A DNA stretch of 64,000 nt from the human T2T-CHM13v2.0 reference genome, Homo sapiens. Location of the stretch: contig CP068257.2 of assembly GCA_009914755.4 (NCBI GenBank), positions 25,216,001 to 25,280,000 of the forward strand. Direction: 5' to 3'. The position numbers were made by a program, and so were the translations under genes. Below the pieces are notes generated by a model. The model saw only the letters and a list, made by a program, of their open reading frames with translations. It was not told the origin of the DNA and did not search any database. Positions 1 to 14,099 of the stretch are shown piece by piece (position 1 is the first letter of the stretch; every line of letters begins with the position of its first letter).

Positions 1-1259
1 TCTGTAGAAAGGAGGGCAAATGGAGTGAAGTGCCATATGTGCAAACTTTCTTTTCATTAAGAGACAACTTGCAATTATGTAAGAAGTGTGATTTATGCCC
101 TACAGGAAGCCCTCAGAGTCTACCTCCCTACCCCAGCATCCCCCTGACTCCTTCTCCAACTAATAAGGAACCCCCTTCAACCCAAACGGTCCAAAAGGAG
201 ATAGACAAAGGGGTAAACAATGAACCAAAGCGTGCCAATGTTCCCTGATTATGCCCCCTCTAAGCAGTGGGAGGAGGAGAATTTGGCCCAGCCAGTGTGC
301 ATGTGCCTTTTTCTCTCTCAGACTTAAAGCAAATTAAAATAGACCTAGGTAAATTCTCAGATAACCCTGATGGCTATATTCATGTTTTATAAGGGTTAGG
401 ATAATCCTTTGATCTGACATGGAGAGATATAATGTTACTGCTAAGTCACACACTAACCCCAAATGAGACAAGTGCCGCCATAACTGCAGCCTGAGAGTTT
501 GGCGATCTCTGGTATCTCACTCGGGTCAATGATAGGAGGACAACAGAGGAAAGAGAATGATTCCCCACAGACCAGCAGGCAGTTCCCAGTGTAGACCCTC
601 ACTGGGACACAGAATCAGAACATGGACATTGGTGCTGCAGACATTTGCTAACTTACATGCTAGAAGGACTAAGGAAAACTAGGAAGAAGCCTACGAATTA
701 TTCAATGATGTCCACTATAACACAGGGAAAGGAAGAAAATCCTACTGCCTTTCTGGAGCGACTAAGGGAGGCATTGAGGAAGCATACTTCCCTGTCACCT
801 GACTCTATTGAAGGCCAACTAATCTTAAAGGATAAGTTTATCACTCAGTCAGCTGAAGACATTAGGAAAAAACTTCAAAAGTCTGCCTTAGGCCCAGAGC
901 AAAACTTAGAAACCCCATTGAACTTGGCAACCTCGGTTTTTTATAATAGAGATCAGGAGGAGCAGGCGGAACAGGACAAACGGGGTAAAAAAAAGGCCAC
1001 CGCTTTAGTTATGGCCCTCAGGCAAGTGGACTTTGGAGGCTCTGGAAAAGGGAAAAGCTGGGCAAATCGAATGCCTACTAGGGCTTGCTTCCAGAGTGGT
1101 CTACAAGGACACTTTGAAAAAGATTGTCCAAGTAGAAATAAGTCGCCCCTTCGTCCATGCCCCTTATATCAAGGGAATCACTGGAAGGCCCACTATCCCA
1201 GGGGACAAATGTCCTCTGAGTCAGAAGCCACTAACCAGATGATCCAGCAGCAGGACTGA
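1..1259 (+). pseudogene. HERV-W gag remnant (MA/p15 with PPYP late-domain-like motif, CA, NC). It is frameshifted upstream, and only the C-terminal 204-aa ORF (645-1259) is open.
   Basis: ORF 645-1259 reads LEGLRKTRKKP...NYSMMSTITQGKEENPTAFLERLREALRKHTSLSPDSIEGQLILKDKFITQSAEDIRKKLQK...ACFQSGLQGHFEKDCP...CPLYQGNHWKAHYP, a degenerate pair of Cys-His zinc knuckles. ORF 30-248 contains PPYP. The ORF ends with TGA at 1257-1259. Confidence 0.8.
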
Positions 1260-1316
1260 GGGTGCCCAGGGCAAGCACTAGCCCATGCCGTCACCCTCAC
1301 AGAGCCCCAGGTATGC

Positions 1317-1856
1317 TTGACCATTGAGGGCCAGGAGGTTAACTGTCTCCTGGACACTAGCACGGCCTTCTCAGTCTTACTCTCCTTTCCCGGACAACTG
1401 TCCTCCAGATCTGTCACTATCCGAGGGTTCCTAGGACAGTCAGTCACTAGATACTTATCCCAGTCACTAAGTTGTGACTGGGGAACTTTACTCTTTTCAC
1501 ATGCTTTTCTAATTATCCCTGAAAGCACCACTCCCTTGTTAGGGCGAGACATTCTAGCAAAAGCAGGGGCCATTATACACCTGAACATAGGAGAAGGAAC
1601 ACCTGTTTGTTGTCCCCTGCTTGAGGAAGGAATTAATCCCGAAGTCTGGGCAACAGAAGGACAATACGGACGAGCAAAGAATGCCTATGCTGTTCAAGTT
1701 AAACTAAAGGATTCCGCCTCCTTTCCCTACCAAAGGCAGTACCCCCTTAGACCTGAGGCCCAACAAGGACTCCAAAAGATTGTTAAGGACCTAAAAGCCC
1801 ATGGCCTAGTAAAACCATGCAATAGCCCCTGCAATACTCCAATTTTAGGAGTATAG
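1317..1856 (+). pseudogene. Retroviral aspartyl protease plus the N-terminus of RT, in the same frame as gag. The layout is gag, stop codon, pro-pol, as in gammaretroviral read-through.
   Basis: LLDTSTAF is a variant of the DTG active site and LLGRDIL is the protease flap motif. The RT start YPLRPEAQQGLQKIVKDLKAHGLVKPCNSPCNTPILGV follows. The frame is (1317-1) mod 3 = (645-1) mod 3. Confidence 0.75.
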
Positions 1857-3128
1857 AAACCCAACAGACAGTGGAGGTTAGTGCAAGATCTCAGGATTAT
1901 CATTGAGGCTGTTGTTCCTGTATAGCCAGCTGTACCTAACCTTTATACTCTGCTTTCCCAAATACCAGAGGAAGCAGAGGGGTTTACAGTCCGGGGCCTT
2001 AAGGACACCTTTTTCTGCATCCCTGTATATCCTGACTCTCAATTCTTGTTTGCCTTTGAAGATCCTTCAAACTCAACGTCTCAACTCACCTGGAATGTTT
2101 TACCCCAAGGGTTCAGGGATAGCCCCCATTAGCCCAAGACTTGAGCCAGTTCTTATACCTGGACACTCTTGTCCTTTGGTACGTGGATGATTTACTTTTA
2201 GCCACCTGTTCAGAAACCTTGTGCCATCAAGCCACCCAAGCACTCTTTAATTTCCTCGCCACCTGTGGCTACAGGTTTCCAAACCAAAGGCTCAGCTCTG
2301 CTCACAGCAATTTAAATGCTTAGGGCTAAAATTATCCAAAGGCACCAGGGCCCTCAGTGAGGAAAGTATCCGGCCTATACTGGCTTATCCTCATCCCAAA
2401 ACCCTAAAGCAACTAAGAGTGTTCCTTGGCATAACGGGTTTCTGCCGAATATGGATTCCCAGGTACAGCGAAATAGCCAGACCATTATATACACTAATTA
2501 AGGAAACTCAGAAAGCCAATACCCAGGTAAGATGGACACCTGAAGCAGAAGCAGATTTCCAGGCCCTAAAGAAGGCCCTGACCCAAGCCCCAGTGTTAAG
2601 CTTGCCAATGGGGCAAGACTTTTCTTTATATGTCACAGAAAAAACAGGAATAGCTCCAGGAGTCCTTACGCAGATCCAAGGGACGAGCCTGCAACCCATG
2701 GCATACCTGAGTAAGGAAATTAGTGGCAAAGGGTTGGCCTCATTGTTTATGGGTAGTGGCAGCAGTCGCAGTCTTAGTAACTGAAGCAGTTAAAATGATA
2801 CAAGGAAGAGATCTTACTGTGTGGACATCTCATGATGTGAATGGCATACTCACTGCTAAAGGAGACTTGTGACTGTCAGACAACTGTTTACTTAAATATC
2901 AGGCTCTATTACTTGAAGGGCCAGTGTTGCGACTGTGCACTTGTGCAACTCTTAACCCAGCCACATTGCTTCCAGACAATGAAGAAAAGATAGAACATAA
3001 CTGTCAACAAATAATTGCTCAAACCTACACTGCTCGAGGGGACCTTTTAGAAGTTCCCTTGACTGATCCCGATCTCAACTTGTATACTGATGGAAGTTCC
3101 TTTGCAGAAAAAGGACTTCAAAAGGCGG
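1857..3128 (+). pseudogene. pol RT and RNase H region, broken by multiple stops and frameshifts.
   Basis: KPNRQWRLVQDLRIINEAVVP, then FTVRGLKDTFFCIPV, LTWNVLPQGFRDSPH, YVDDLLLA, FLGITGFCRIWIPRYSEIARPLY, and YTDGSSFAEKGLQKAVYAVV of RNase H. Confidence 0.8.
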
Positions 3129-3512
3129 TGTATGCAGTAGTCCTTCAAAATCGAAGAGCTTTAGAATTGCTAATCACTGAGAGAGGGGGAACGTTTTTAT
3201 TTTTAGGGGAAGAATGCTGTTATTATGTTAATCAATTCGGAATCATCACCAAGAAAGTTAAAGAAATTCAAGATCGAATACAACGTAGAACAGAGGAGCT
3301 TAAAAAACACTGGACCCTGGGGCCTCCTCAGCCAATGGATGCCCTGGATTCTCCCCTTCTTAGGACCTCTAGCAGCTATATTTCTACTCCTCTTTGGACC
3401 CTGTATCTTTAACCTCCGTGTTAAGTTTGTCTCTTCCAGAATCGAAGATGTAAAACTACAAATCGTTCTTCAAATGGACCCCCAGATGCAGTCCATGACT
3501 AAGATCTACTGA
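3129..3512 (+). pseudogene. env transmembrane (TM) subunit remnant, syncytin-1-like. It covers the immunosuppressive-domain region, the membrane anchor and the cytoplasmic tail. It is fused directly to RNase H by an internal deletion and contains one frameshift. ORF 3225-3512 (95 aa) is open.
   Basis: LQNRRALELLITERGGTFLFLGEECCYYVNQFGIITKKVKEIQDRIQRR...NTGPWGLLSQWMPWILPFLGPLAAIFLLLFGPCIFNLRVKFVSSRIEDVKLQ aligns closely with the C-terminus of syncytin-1 (ERVW-1 Env), from memory. The downstream RTPGPAC...NVNDIEGTPPKEISTAQPLL also matches the syncytin tail. Confidence 0.8.
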
Positions 3513-3678
3513 GGACCCCTGGACCAGCCTGCTAGCCCATGCTCCAATGTTAATGACATTGAAGGCACCCCTCCCAAGGAAATCTCAACTGCACAACCCC
3601 TACTATGCTCCAATTCAGCAGGAAGCAGTTACAGTGGTCCTCGGCCAACCTCCCCAACAGCATTTGTATTTTCCTGTT

Positions 3679-3689
3679 GGGAGGGGGCA
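3679..3689 (+). promoter_or_regulatory. Polypurine tract (PPT) immediately 5' of the 3' LTR.
   Basis: The purine run GGGAGGGGGCA sits directly upstream of the LTR start TGAGAGACAGG at 3691. Confidence 0.55.
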
Positions 3690-3690
3690 C

Positions 3691-4440
<750 letters not shown>

Positions 4441-5728
4441 CACTTACCAATGCTTTTCTCAGAATGTATCCCCATTGTTAATTGATGCATGACTGTGTGT
4501 GTATAAGTATTTATCGCCAAAAGAAGAAATAGATTTCAAATTTCCATATTGTATCACTGAGGCAAGAAATATAAAGACGTCAGTCATATGACTTTTCACT
4601 TAAGGAAACAAAATGGACTCTTGAGTAGATAAATATGATGATTTTTTGGAACTCATCAACATCATTCTCATCATTCCTGATATTTATCAAGCACTTACTA
4701 TATGCAGACACTGACCTATCTATTCACATTTATTTAGCTTGGCCAAAATTTATCCCTGTATTTTTAAGAGAATGTTTCAACAAGGAAAAGATAAATATAT
4801 GACAATCTTTTACATCTTTACAAAAACCCTATAAACATTTCTACCTGGAAGAAGAATGTGACACTAACCCAAATTTAAGCAGCTGGTGCACATCCAAATT
4901 CAAGGCAACTGCACAAGCTATATATACTTTACATTAGAAATTAGAGACCAAATAAACAGAAGCAGGTGAACCAAAAGAACATTACAAGAGATTTTCAGAC
5001 ACCCATTAAACACAACAGCTCTGTTCTGAACAACTCCTGTGCGATAAGGGAAGAGCAAGAACTCACGTGGTATGAGAAATACTGCAATAAGAAGGCTCAA
5101 GTAAATCCCTTTTTGGGTCTATTTTTGCAAAATTAAGAATTAAAAAAAAGAAAATTTGAGACAGCACATAGAAAAAATCAAAAGCATAAAGGAAAAAAGC
5201 CTATAAGTTTTTAAGAGAATAGAAAATAACTTTAATGAATTAAGCTTATACCCAAATGCCATTTCTGAGTGTCTGTAGGACATGCCTTTTGAGAGAAAAT
5301 TGAGGCTGTCAGTCACCTCTTCCCTGTGTTAAGCCTAGGTGCCAATACTTGCCTGAGGTTTAAACACAGACTTGAAGGTTTTAGAGGTTTTAGTACCATT
5401 AAAACCAGATTTGAAGTTTTTAATACCACTAAAACAAAAGAAATTAGATTTTTCCCATCAACTATATGTCAAATCACAGATGTCTGTCTGTTCACTTTAT
5501 TTGCATATAGAAAAGAGTGCATAATGAGAAGAACTTCTCTTAAAATGCTATGCCTTTTTAGCCATTTCTTTACTATTTTTTATAATTTTATTATGCTCTT
5601 CTTCCCCACTTTATATTTTGTACACTCTAGTTAAAACAAGTACACAAATCTTATTATTTTATAAGAATATTGCAAATGGTTGTTGACAGCTTCAAGTACT
5701 TCAGTGTATGCATACATTTCATGGTTTT

Positions 5729-6023
5729 TTTTTTTTTTTTTTTGATGGAGTCTCACTCTGTCACCAGGCTGGAGTGCAGTGGTGGGATCTTGGCTCATCA
5801 CAACCTCCGTCTTCCGGGGTTCAAGCGATTCTCCTGCCTCAGCCTCCTAAGTAGTTGGGACTACAGGTGCGGGCCACCATACTCAGCTAATTTTTTTTTT
5901 CTTTTTGATAGAGACAGGGTTTCACCATGTTAGCCTGGATGGTCTCGATCTCTTGACCTCATGACCCGCCTGCCTTGGCCTCCCAAAGTGCTGGGATTAC
6001 AGGCGTGAACCACTGCACCTGGG
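5729..6023 (-). mobile_element. Alu (full-length SINE), minus orientation.
   Basis: A poly-T run is followed by GAGTCTCACTCTGTCACCAGGCTGGAGTGCAGTGG and continues to GGATTACAGGCGTGAACCACTGCACCTGG. Confidence 0.9.
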
Positions 6024-7024
6024 TGCATAATTTCCATGTTAAGAAACTGGAGGAAAAGAAGTTTTCTTATCAATTCAAATGACTTTTAAAAGATTGTATC
6101 ATTTTTCTGTGACTTCGTCAATTTTATTTTCTCTCTTTTTTTCCCTCCTTGCTTCTTTCCTTCCTCTCTTTTTATATTTTTATTTATTTATTTTTCTATA
6201 TACTGTGCTTAACACAGATTTTTTAATGTTTATTAAATTCCTACTTTGTGTCAGGTGCTGTACTGGACACTAATGGTATATACTTTGCACCCAAAGACTT
6301 CACAGTCTTATCAAGAATTGCTAGAATACTTCTGTTTTAGTGTAGTTAGTGATCTACAGGGAAAACAGACAGAATAGAGGGGTTGGGACCATTAACTCTG
6401 TTCAAGGGTGCGGGGAGGAGGGAGCAGAGACGTTTTACAAAGGGAGAGTTATTGATCTGATTTTCTTCATTATATTATTTTGAGACTTGATAGATGTATC
6501 TTGTATGTGAATAATATTTCCGTTTCTGTTTCTTCTGTAAAAAGTTAAGTATATGGAACACTTCACTTCTTTTGGAAAGGTCACGTGTTCTAGAAAAGAT
6601 TTTTCAGTTGAGGTTCTACTCATTTACATTAGCACATTTTAGTCTGTGTAGCTTAGTTTCTGCATTCTAAATTGTCCTTATTAATCGTTCTTCTGTTTTG
6701 AAGCAATATAAAATCTATATGACCACACACAGATATTCACATATGAAAAGAGTTTATTACTAAGAAATATAGTTTAGCAGTTTCAGGAAATAACAAAGAA
6801 AATTATGCTAAACCTAATTTTAAAATCTAAATCTAAATTATGCTAAAATCTAATTTTAAAAGCATAATGAGTAGCTATTGTTTAACTCTTCCTGCTTATC
6901 TGTAAAACTTTTCTTTAGCATCATTTGAGAATTTTATCAATGCCTCTTTGTTCTTTGAAAAAAGGAAAAATTATGAGAGCTTATAAAACTCAAACCCTAA
7001 AGTGTCATTCACTACTTAGTTTAA

Positions 7025-7458
<434 letters not shown>

Positions 7459-8689
7459 TACTTATTCTCTTTAAAATGATTGTGTGTAAGTAATAGGAAA
7501 AGGCTTTTTGACTTCTTGTATTTTTTCCCTACTTTTCTAATTATTTTTGTTAAGGATGGTACATAATAGTGAAATGGTTGATGAGCAGAATCTTATCTTC
7601 CTAAGAAAAAACTTGTTTCCACTTCCTTTTCTTAGAGAAGAGGGAAATGCATATATTGAGAAGTAAAAATTACAAATGAAAAATAATTTAGTTTTTGTCC
7701 TATACTTATTTTTTGTAGACTACATTATATAGCTATATTTATATGTATACACACAAACATTCATACATTAGAGCAATCAATATATGCCTTTACTTATATT
7801 TTTACAAATTGTGATAGTCTTACAGTCTTGAATTATTATCTCAATTAGCACTTTGAATAATATATCATTTTTAATGTGAATCATTTGAGGAGTAGAAAAG
7901 TGCCATTTGAATGCAATATGTATTAAACCCAAAAGGTCTTTTTTCCTCATTCATTCTCTGGTAGATATTAATGTAAGTGTTAATATATAGGCTCAATGGT
8001 TCCCCAAGAAATCTAAAATAATTAAGAAAATAATCACAATGAAAAATGAATTTTTCTGATTAATAAATGAGTCAAAGACATAAATCATTCAAAAAAATTA
8101 GACAATCCAAGGCAAACATATATAAAATATTTTTAACAATACTTGAGTAAAATTGATTTAGCTATAACTCACAATAATGATGATGATAGTGGTGGTGGTA
8201 TAATAACTCACATTTACTCACTACTGGGGTTTTCAGGCACTACATTAAATACTTCCCATGTATTAGTTTATTTCTTCAAAAGCGCCCTCTGTAATATTTT
8301 CTATTAATCGTTGGAAGCTTAGAAATGTTAATTGACCTGCCTAAGGTCCCATAGCTAAGAAGCAGTTTATGTAGTCATTATAAACTGTCTACCAAATATT
8401 TCTGGTTCTCTTTCCAAGCACATGTTAGTATTGTACTTCCCTACCCACTTGAAGTTAGGTGTGTCTGTGTGACTTGCTTTAGTAAACTGTGAGCCAAGTG
8501 ACTTAAATTGGCCAATAAAATGAAAGCAGAGTATGACTTCCAGTTGGAAACTCTGAAGCCACTGAGTGCTTTGCCACGCTCCCTTTCTTTTCCTCTGTAA
8601 TGACAATGCTTATGTCAAAATCACTGGCTGCTCTATAAGCCTGAGTCTTGGAAGAATGACAGTGACAGCAGAGCTTACAACCATAATGG

Positions 8690-9515
8690 ACAAGCAGATT
8701 CAAGATGCTGGCAGGTTCAGTGTCTGGGGAAGATTGATTTTCAGTTCATAGATAACTGTCTTCTAGCTGTGTCCTCACCTGTTTGAAGGGGCTGGGGGTC
8801 TCTCTTGGGCCTCTTTTATAAGAGTACTAATCCCACTAATTAGGGCTCTTCCCTCAATGACCTAATCACTTTACAAAGGTGGCTCCTCCTAATGCCATCA
8901 TCTTGGTGAGGCAGGAGAATAGAGTCTGGAGGCAGGAAACCTGAGACCAATTTATGCTGACTTCCTAGAATTAAATCTAAAGGAAACCCCAACTTTCCAT
9001 GCCCAAATAACAAAAGGATCAACGGCTACTCCTTTGGCAGCCCTCCCCTTTTGTGCTTTGCAGATAAAAAGTGGAAAGTACCTCTGATAGGTCCCCTCCT
9101 GTAACCAGTCAGTCTGGTGGTGGGCCTAGTCTAAATTTGCATAGGGATATAACTTTGTAACTTCACTTCAGCCTCTGATTGGTTGCCTTCCATAACCAAT
9201 CAGACTGGTCGGGGGCCACTCACCACGTAACCAATGGGAAACCTCTAGAGGGTATTAAAATCCCAGAAAATTCTGTGACCAGCACTCTGGAGCCGCTTGC
9301 TTGAGTCTGCTCCCACTCTGTGGAGTGTACTTTCTTTTCAGTAAATCTCTGCTTTCATTGCTTTATTCTTTCATTACTTTGTCTGCATATTTTGTCCAAT
9401 TTTTTGTTCAGAATGCCCAGAACCTGCACAATTGGTAGTCAAAACCCTCCGCCTGTAACATTAGGGGTTAGGATTTTAACATATAAATTTTGGAAGGGAC
9501 ACAAACATTAAGAAC
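8690..9515 (-). repeat. MLT1-type MaLR LTR, minus orientation, interrupted by a solo-LTR-like insertion of about 535 bp at 8906-9440.
   Basis: 8700-8905 matches the MLT1 antisense strand (GCCTCTTTTATAAGAGTACTAATCCCACT...CCTCCTAATGCCATCA). 9441-9515 resumes with ATTAGGGGTTAGGATTTTAACATATAAATTTTGG...GACACAAACATT, which is the reverse complement of the MLT1 5' end. Confidence 0.6.
8906..9440 (+). repeat. Solo-LTR-like insertion, probably ERV1-type, family unresolved. It carries a tandem CCAAT/ATTGG box cluster, a TATA-like ATTAAAA, and a polyA-signal-like AGTAAATCTCTGCTTTCATTGC.
   Basis: The motifs CCAATCAG and ACCAATGGG are repeated between 9100 and 9240. GGTATTAAAATCCC is followed by an R-like segment ending AGTAAATCTCTGC. 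The element interrupts an MLT1 copy. Confidence 0.35.
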
Positions 9516-10439
9516 ATAGCACTATTTTACTGAAAACTAAGAAAATCAAGTAAAAACTGTATACAATATAATAGCATTGTCATAACTTTCACATATATAA
9601 AAAGCAAGTAGTTTAAATACATAATGTAAGAAAAGCTCCCTTCACAACTATAAAAAATTATTAAAATCTTAAAAAGGAGCATGAAAAAATATATTAAAGA
9701 TTTGCTGAAAAATAATAAAGTTAAAATAAACAACTCGTGTGGGATGCAGAATGATTTGATCAAATGATGTCATACCTTACTGTGGAAGGCTGAGTCCATG
9801 GAAAACTCAACATTATAAAAATATTAGTTCTCCATAACTTATACACTTAACATGATCACAATAAAAATATTAACAGAATATTTTTTAGAGGGAACTCAGA
9901 ATAGCAAGTTTAAAATTTATGTGGAAGAACTAATTCAAAGGAGTTTAGCTTTTGCTTAGGATGTATAAAACTGTCAGAGAACACTGTTAGAAGAATCTGG
10001 ATGATCAACAAAATCATAACTTTTCTTGAACTGTTCATAAAGCTGCAGTCATAAGGAACTAACTACACTAAATTCCAAAGTATAACAAACCCTTCCAAGG
10101 CGAGAACTCACAATTTTTTTTTTCACCATTAGTAGGGCACTAAGAAGAGTTACCTACTGCAAAGGTGAGTAAGAAAAAAAAAAAAGCGAAGTATTAGCCA
10201 GCATGTCAGAGAGTCCAAACATGAGAAAGCTCTGCACTCACTCACAAGCTGGACGTTTTCCTCCCCTTGGTGATGCTAGGTACAAAGCTCTACCTACTTT
10301 CTAGAATTATCTCTTATTTGAAGCCAAAGTTAAAGGGGAAGAATCCACTAACTGTGGGTGTAAACTAAAACAAAACTATCTTCCTTGAGCATAGGAAGGG
10401 AAAACAAAGTGAAAGAAAACATTCCACTCCCGGAGGAAA

Positions 10440-10757
10440 GGGGAAGAGACCCAGGAAGAGGTGAGATTTCTGTTTGATTCCAAAGACAGGGAAAAGCCAA
10501 TGTGTTAGTTCAAAGGTAGTCAGGTAGGAAGAATTCTTTCTTACTAGGGAGAGGGCCCACCTTTTGTTCTATTTAAGCCTCTGATTGATTGGACAAGGCT
10601 CACTCACATAATGGAGTTCAATCTGCTTTACTCACTCCATTGATTTAAATGTTAATCTCATGTAAAATATCCTCTCAGAAACACTCAGAATAATGTTTGA
10701 GCCCAGATCTGGGCACCCTGTGACCCAATCAAGTTCATAGATAAAATTAACCATCAC
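10440..10757 (-). repeat. Ancient mammalian LTR, minus orientation. The family has consensus 5' end TGTGATGGTTAAT...GTCAACTTGA and is probably ERVL/MaLR-related. The exact name is not resolved.
   Basis: It ends ...CATAGATAAAATTAACCATCAC, the reverse complement of the family's 5' end. Internally it matches the TTTAAGCCTCTGATTGATTGGACAAGGCTCACTCAC segment. Confidence 0.5.
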
Positions 10758-10770
10758 TATGTGCTTTTGC

Positions 10771-10958
<188 letters not shown>

Positions 10959-13447
10959 TAATATCAAAGAATCAAAGAATGTTAAAATATAAGCAATTTC
11001 AGATACATTAGAATACAGGTATATGATTTAGTGCTATGTTGCATAAAAATGCCCTGAGAAGAAACTTTAAAGTCCTGGTAAATTTTTATGATATACTTTT
11101 AACTTATTAAAATGTTTACAGAGCATTATGTTTTATATGCCTTTTTAAACTATGTAAAAATGCATGAAAGACATGCAGATATGTATATGTGAATGAATGT
11201 CTGCATAATATATATATATTGTGTGTATATATGTGTCAAACAAACCAATTTTCTTGTTATACTGGTAAAATGGTGTATTTCTATTAAAATGATAATTATA
11301 TTTTATAGAAATACATAGAAAATACTACAGAAAATGCTAAGTCAAAAGAAAGGGATACAATAAAGAATAAAGAAACATACGGCATGTTTCATGTAGTCCA
11401 TCTTCCACAAATTTCAAAAATGACATTTTTGTTGTATGAGTTTGTTTGCCCCTTTGGCGCTTCAAACAAAGCTTCCTAGTCATTTAGAAGATAAAATTCA
11501 AACTCCTGTTGTGCCCTGGGACAACCTGTCTAGGGTCAACTCTCAGAAGCCCTTCTTGCCCTGTGAATTCTCATGGTACCTAACTCTGTTGTTTTCTGCA
11601 CACACAATGCTGCTTTATATCTCTGTACTTTTACCTAGTCTATATTCCCTTCCTAGATCGATCTTGAAACATCCTTTACACTCTTGTGAACCTGAAAAGC
11701 ATTTATTATTTTTAGTACTCTGCTCTTCTGGTGACATCATGTTGACGAAATCCCACATGGTGTCAGTTTTCTCCTGAGAAACAAACAGGCTGAGGTAGGA
11801 ACATCTTCCTTTCTTCTATTTTTATTGCTATATATATAGTTATTTTATTACCTTTTATACGTATAAAATTTCTGTAATTGTTTGGTTACTGATACAGTTT
11901 TCACACAGGAGTGTAAACTTCTCAAGGACAGTAGTTGTATCTTATCACCACCTGTAACTAAAAAAAAAATTCTCAGGCACTCAACCAACAAATATTTATT
12001 TCAAATTAATTGAAGTGAAAACTATTAAGATCAATATGGAAATAATGTTTGTCTATGATGGAATTCTGAGGAAAGCATACTTCCTTAAGTAAATTTTACG
12101 GTGAAGGAATTATTAGGAAGCAGATTTCTTAATGTTGTCCTTTGCGTTTCTTAGTTTTAAGTAACAATTGTTAAGCCATATAATTGTTTTAGGTAAGAAA
12201 CTTTAATACAAGACTTGGCTAACTGGAGGTCTTTATTTAAATGTACAATACAGGATTCAAAAATTAGTAGACTTTTCTTTCCATTTCAGGCGGTATTTTG
12301 GACTAGATTGCCTTAAGATTCCTCCTATGGAAAAGAGCTAAAAGAGACAGAGAAAATATAACAACAAACTCTTTATGAGTGCATCTTGTAAACACACAAG
12401 AAAGTAAGGAATTTTTAGAGGGCAAAGAATCAACAGAGGAAAACAAAACTTAGATGTAAATTCTCCTTGAGGAAATTTTCTGTAGGGAGAAAGTTTGTTT
12501 TTAAGGACTGTCCATAAGTGGGGAACACGGGATCAACTCCATACAAGATGGATATTCACAGGCAATCACTTCTCTACATCCCATATATTTAACTCTCAGG
12601 AGAGGACAAGAAAAATAGTCCATCTTAGACTCTGATGCTGTATAGAGGAAAAAGAAAAATTTTCTTTGAGACTCTGTAACCATAAGCCATCTGATTTCAG
12701 TTTTATAGACAGAATTCATACTTCCTGGGTGGTCTCAGTTCTCAGCATACGCTCAGTGTAATGTGGTCCTGGTTACTAGTGTTCCTGGGACCTTGCAGGT
12801 CCAGACAAAAGCCCTCTCCCATGAAAACTACCACAGCTTGAGGCTCAAATAATATCCATAGAAATATGAGCTCACAGTAAAAACAAAAGTGAAACAAAGC
12901 AAAGCAAAATAAGCAAGCCTTGATGAGTGAGAGCCACCAGAAAAAAAAACAAATCACAGAATCAAATCTGAAAAAAGATGTTAAATGTTGGAATTATCAG
13001 ACACAACATATAAAACAATGATTTGAAAATAAGTTACGAGAGAGTCTGTAAAAATTGACTGAATACAAAATCCGAATATGATGGGTTTATTAGCAGATTA
13101 GACAAAGATGAAGAGCAAATTAGTGAACTGGAAAGAGATATGGAGAAATTTCAAAGAATGTAAGAAAGTCCATGGGATGAAAGATAGAGAAGACATGTTA
13201 AGTAAAATGAAAGATAGAGTCAGGTTAAAAACAAGGAATTAATATGTAAACAGTAAATTTATCATAACGGTAAAAATTTAGGTGAACAAAGATAAAACGA
13301 AGACTTAACCCTTTTCCGGTTTAGAAAAAAAAGTGCAGCTCACTGCCAAAACAATTTCACATAAATATGCTCTTTGAGGCTGAAGCAAATCTGATTGATT
13401 TTCAACATGAAAATAAAATATATAAGCTGTTCTCAGAGTTATTTCTA

Positions 13448-13750
<303 letters not shown>

Positions 13751-14099
13751 TCAGGGTAAATGCTGCAGCTGCAAGCACTGCAGCTTTTATCTATGCAAAC
13801 TTTTTGAAATGCTACATCAGTGAGTATTCTCAGGGCAAATGGGAAAAGGGTTACAACCTCAGCCAGAAGTATAGACAGCTATGTTCAGTCAGATGATAAT
13901 TATTCTGAGAAATGATTTCTCCACAGCATCAGTGAAAGCTTGAGGAAAGTGGAATGATATATTTAATATCCTGAGAGAAAGTAACTGTCAGTGCAGAGTT
14001 GTATACTAGAAAAATCACAAGAATTAGGGCAAAATAATGACATTTTCAGATAAAACCTAACAGAGTTTGTCCACAATAGACTAAGGAAAACCTAAAATA

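Noticed and set aside
645-1259. The 204-aa ORF as an intact functional gag gene.
   Set aside because: It is the C-terminal part of a HERV-W gag whose upstream portion (1-644) is frameshifted. The zinc knuckles are degenerate, the element lacks a 5' LTR in the window, and nothing indicates an independent start.
5326-5460. Short imperfect tandem repeat (GAAGGTTTTAGAGGTTTTAGTACCATTAAAACCA / GATTTGAAGTTTTTAATACCACTAAAACAAAAG).
   Set aside because: It is only two diverged units, which is typical low-level slippage in AT-rich DNA with no functional signature.
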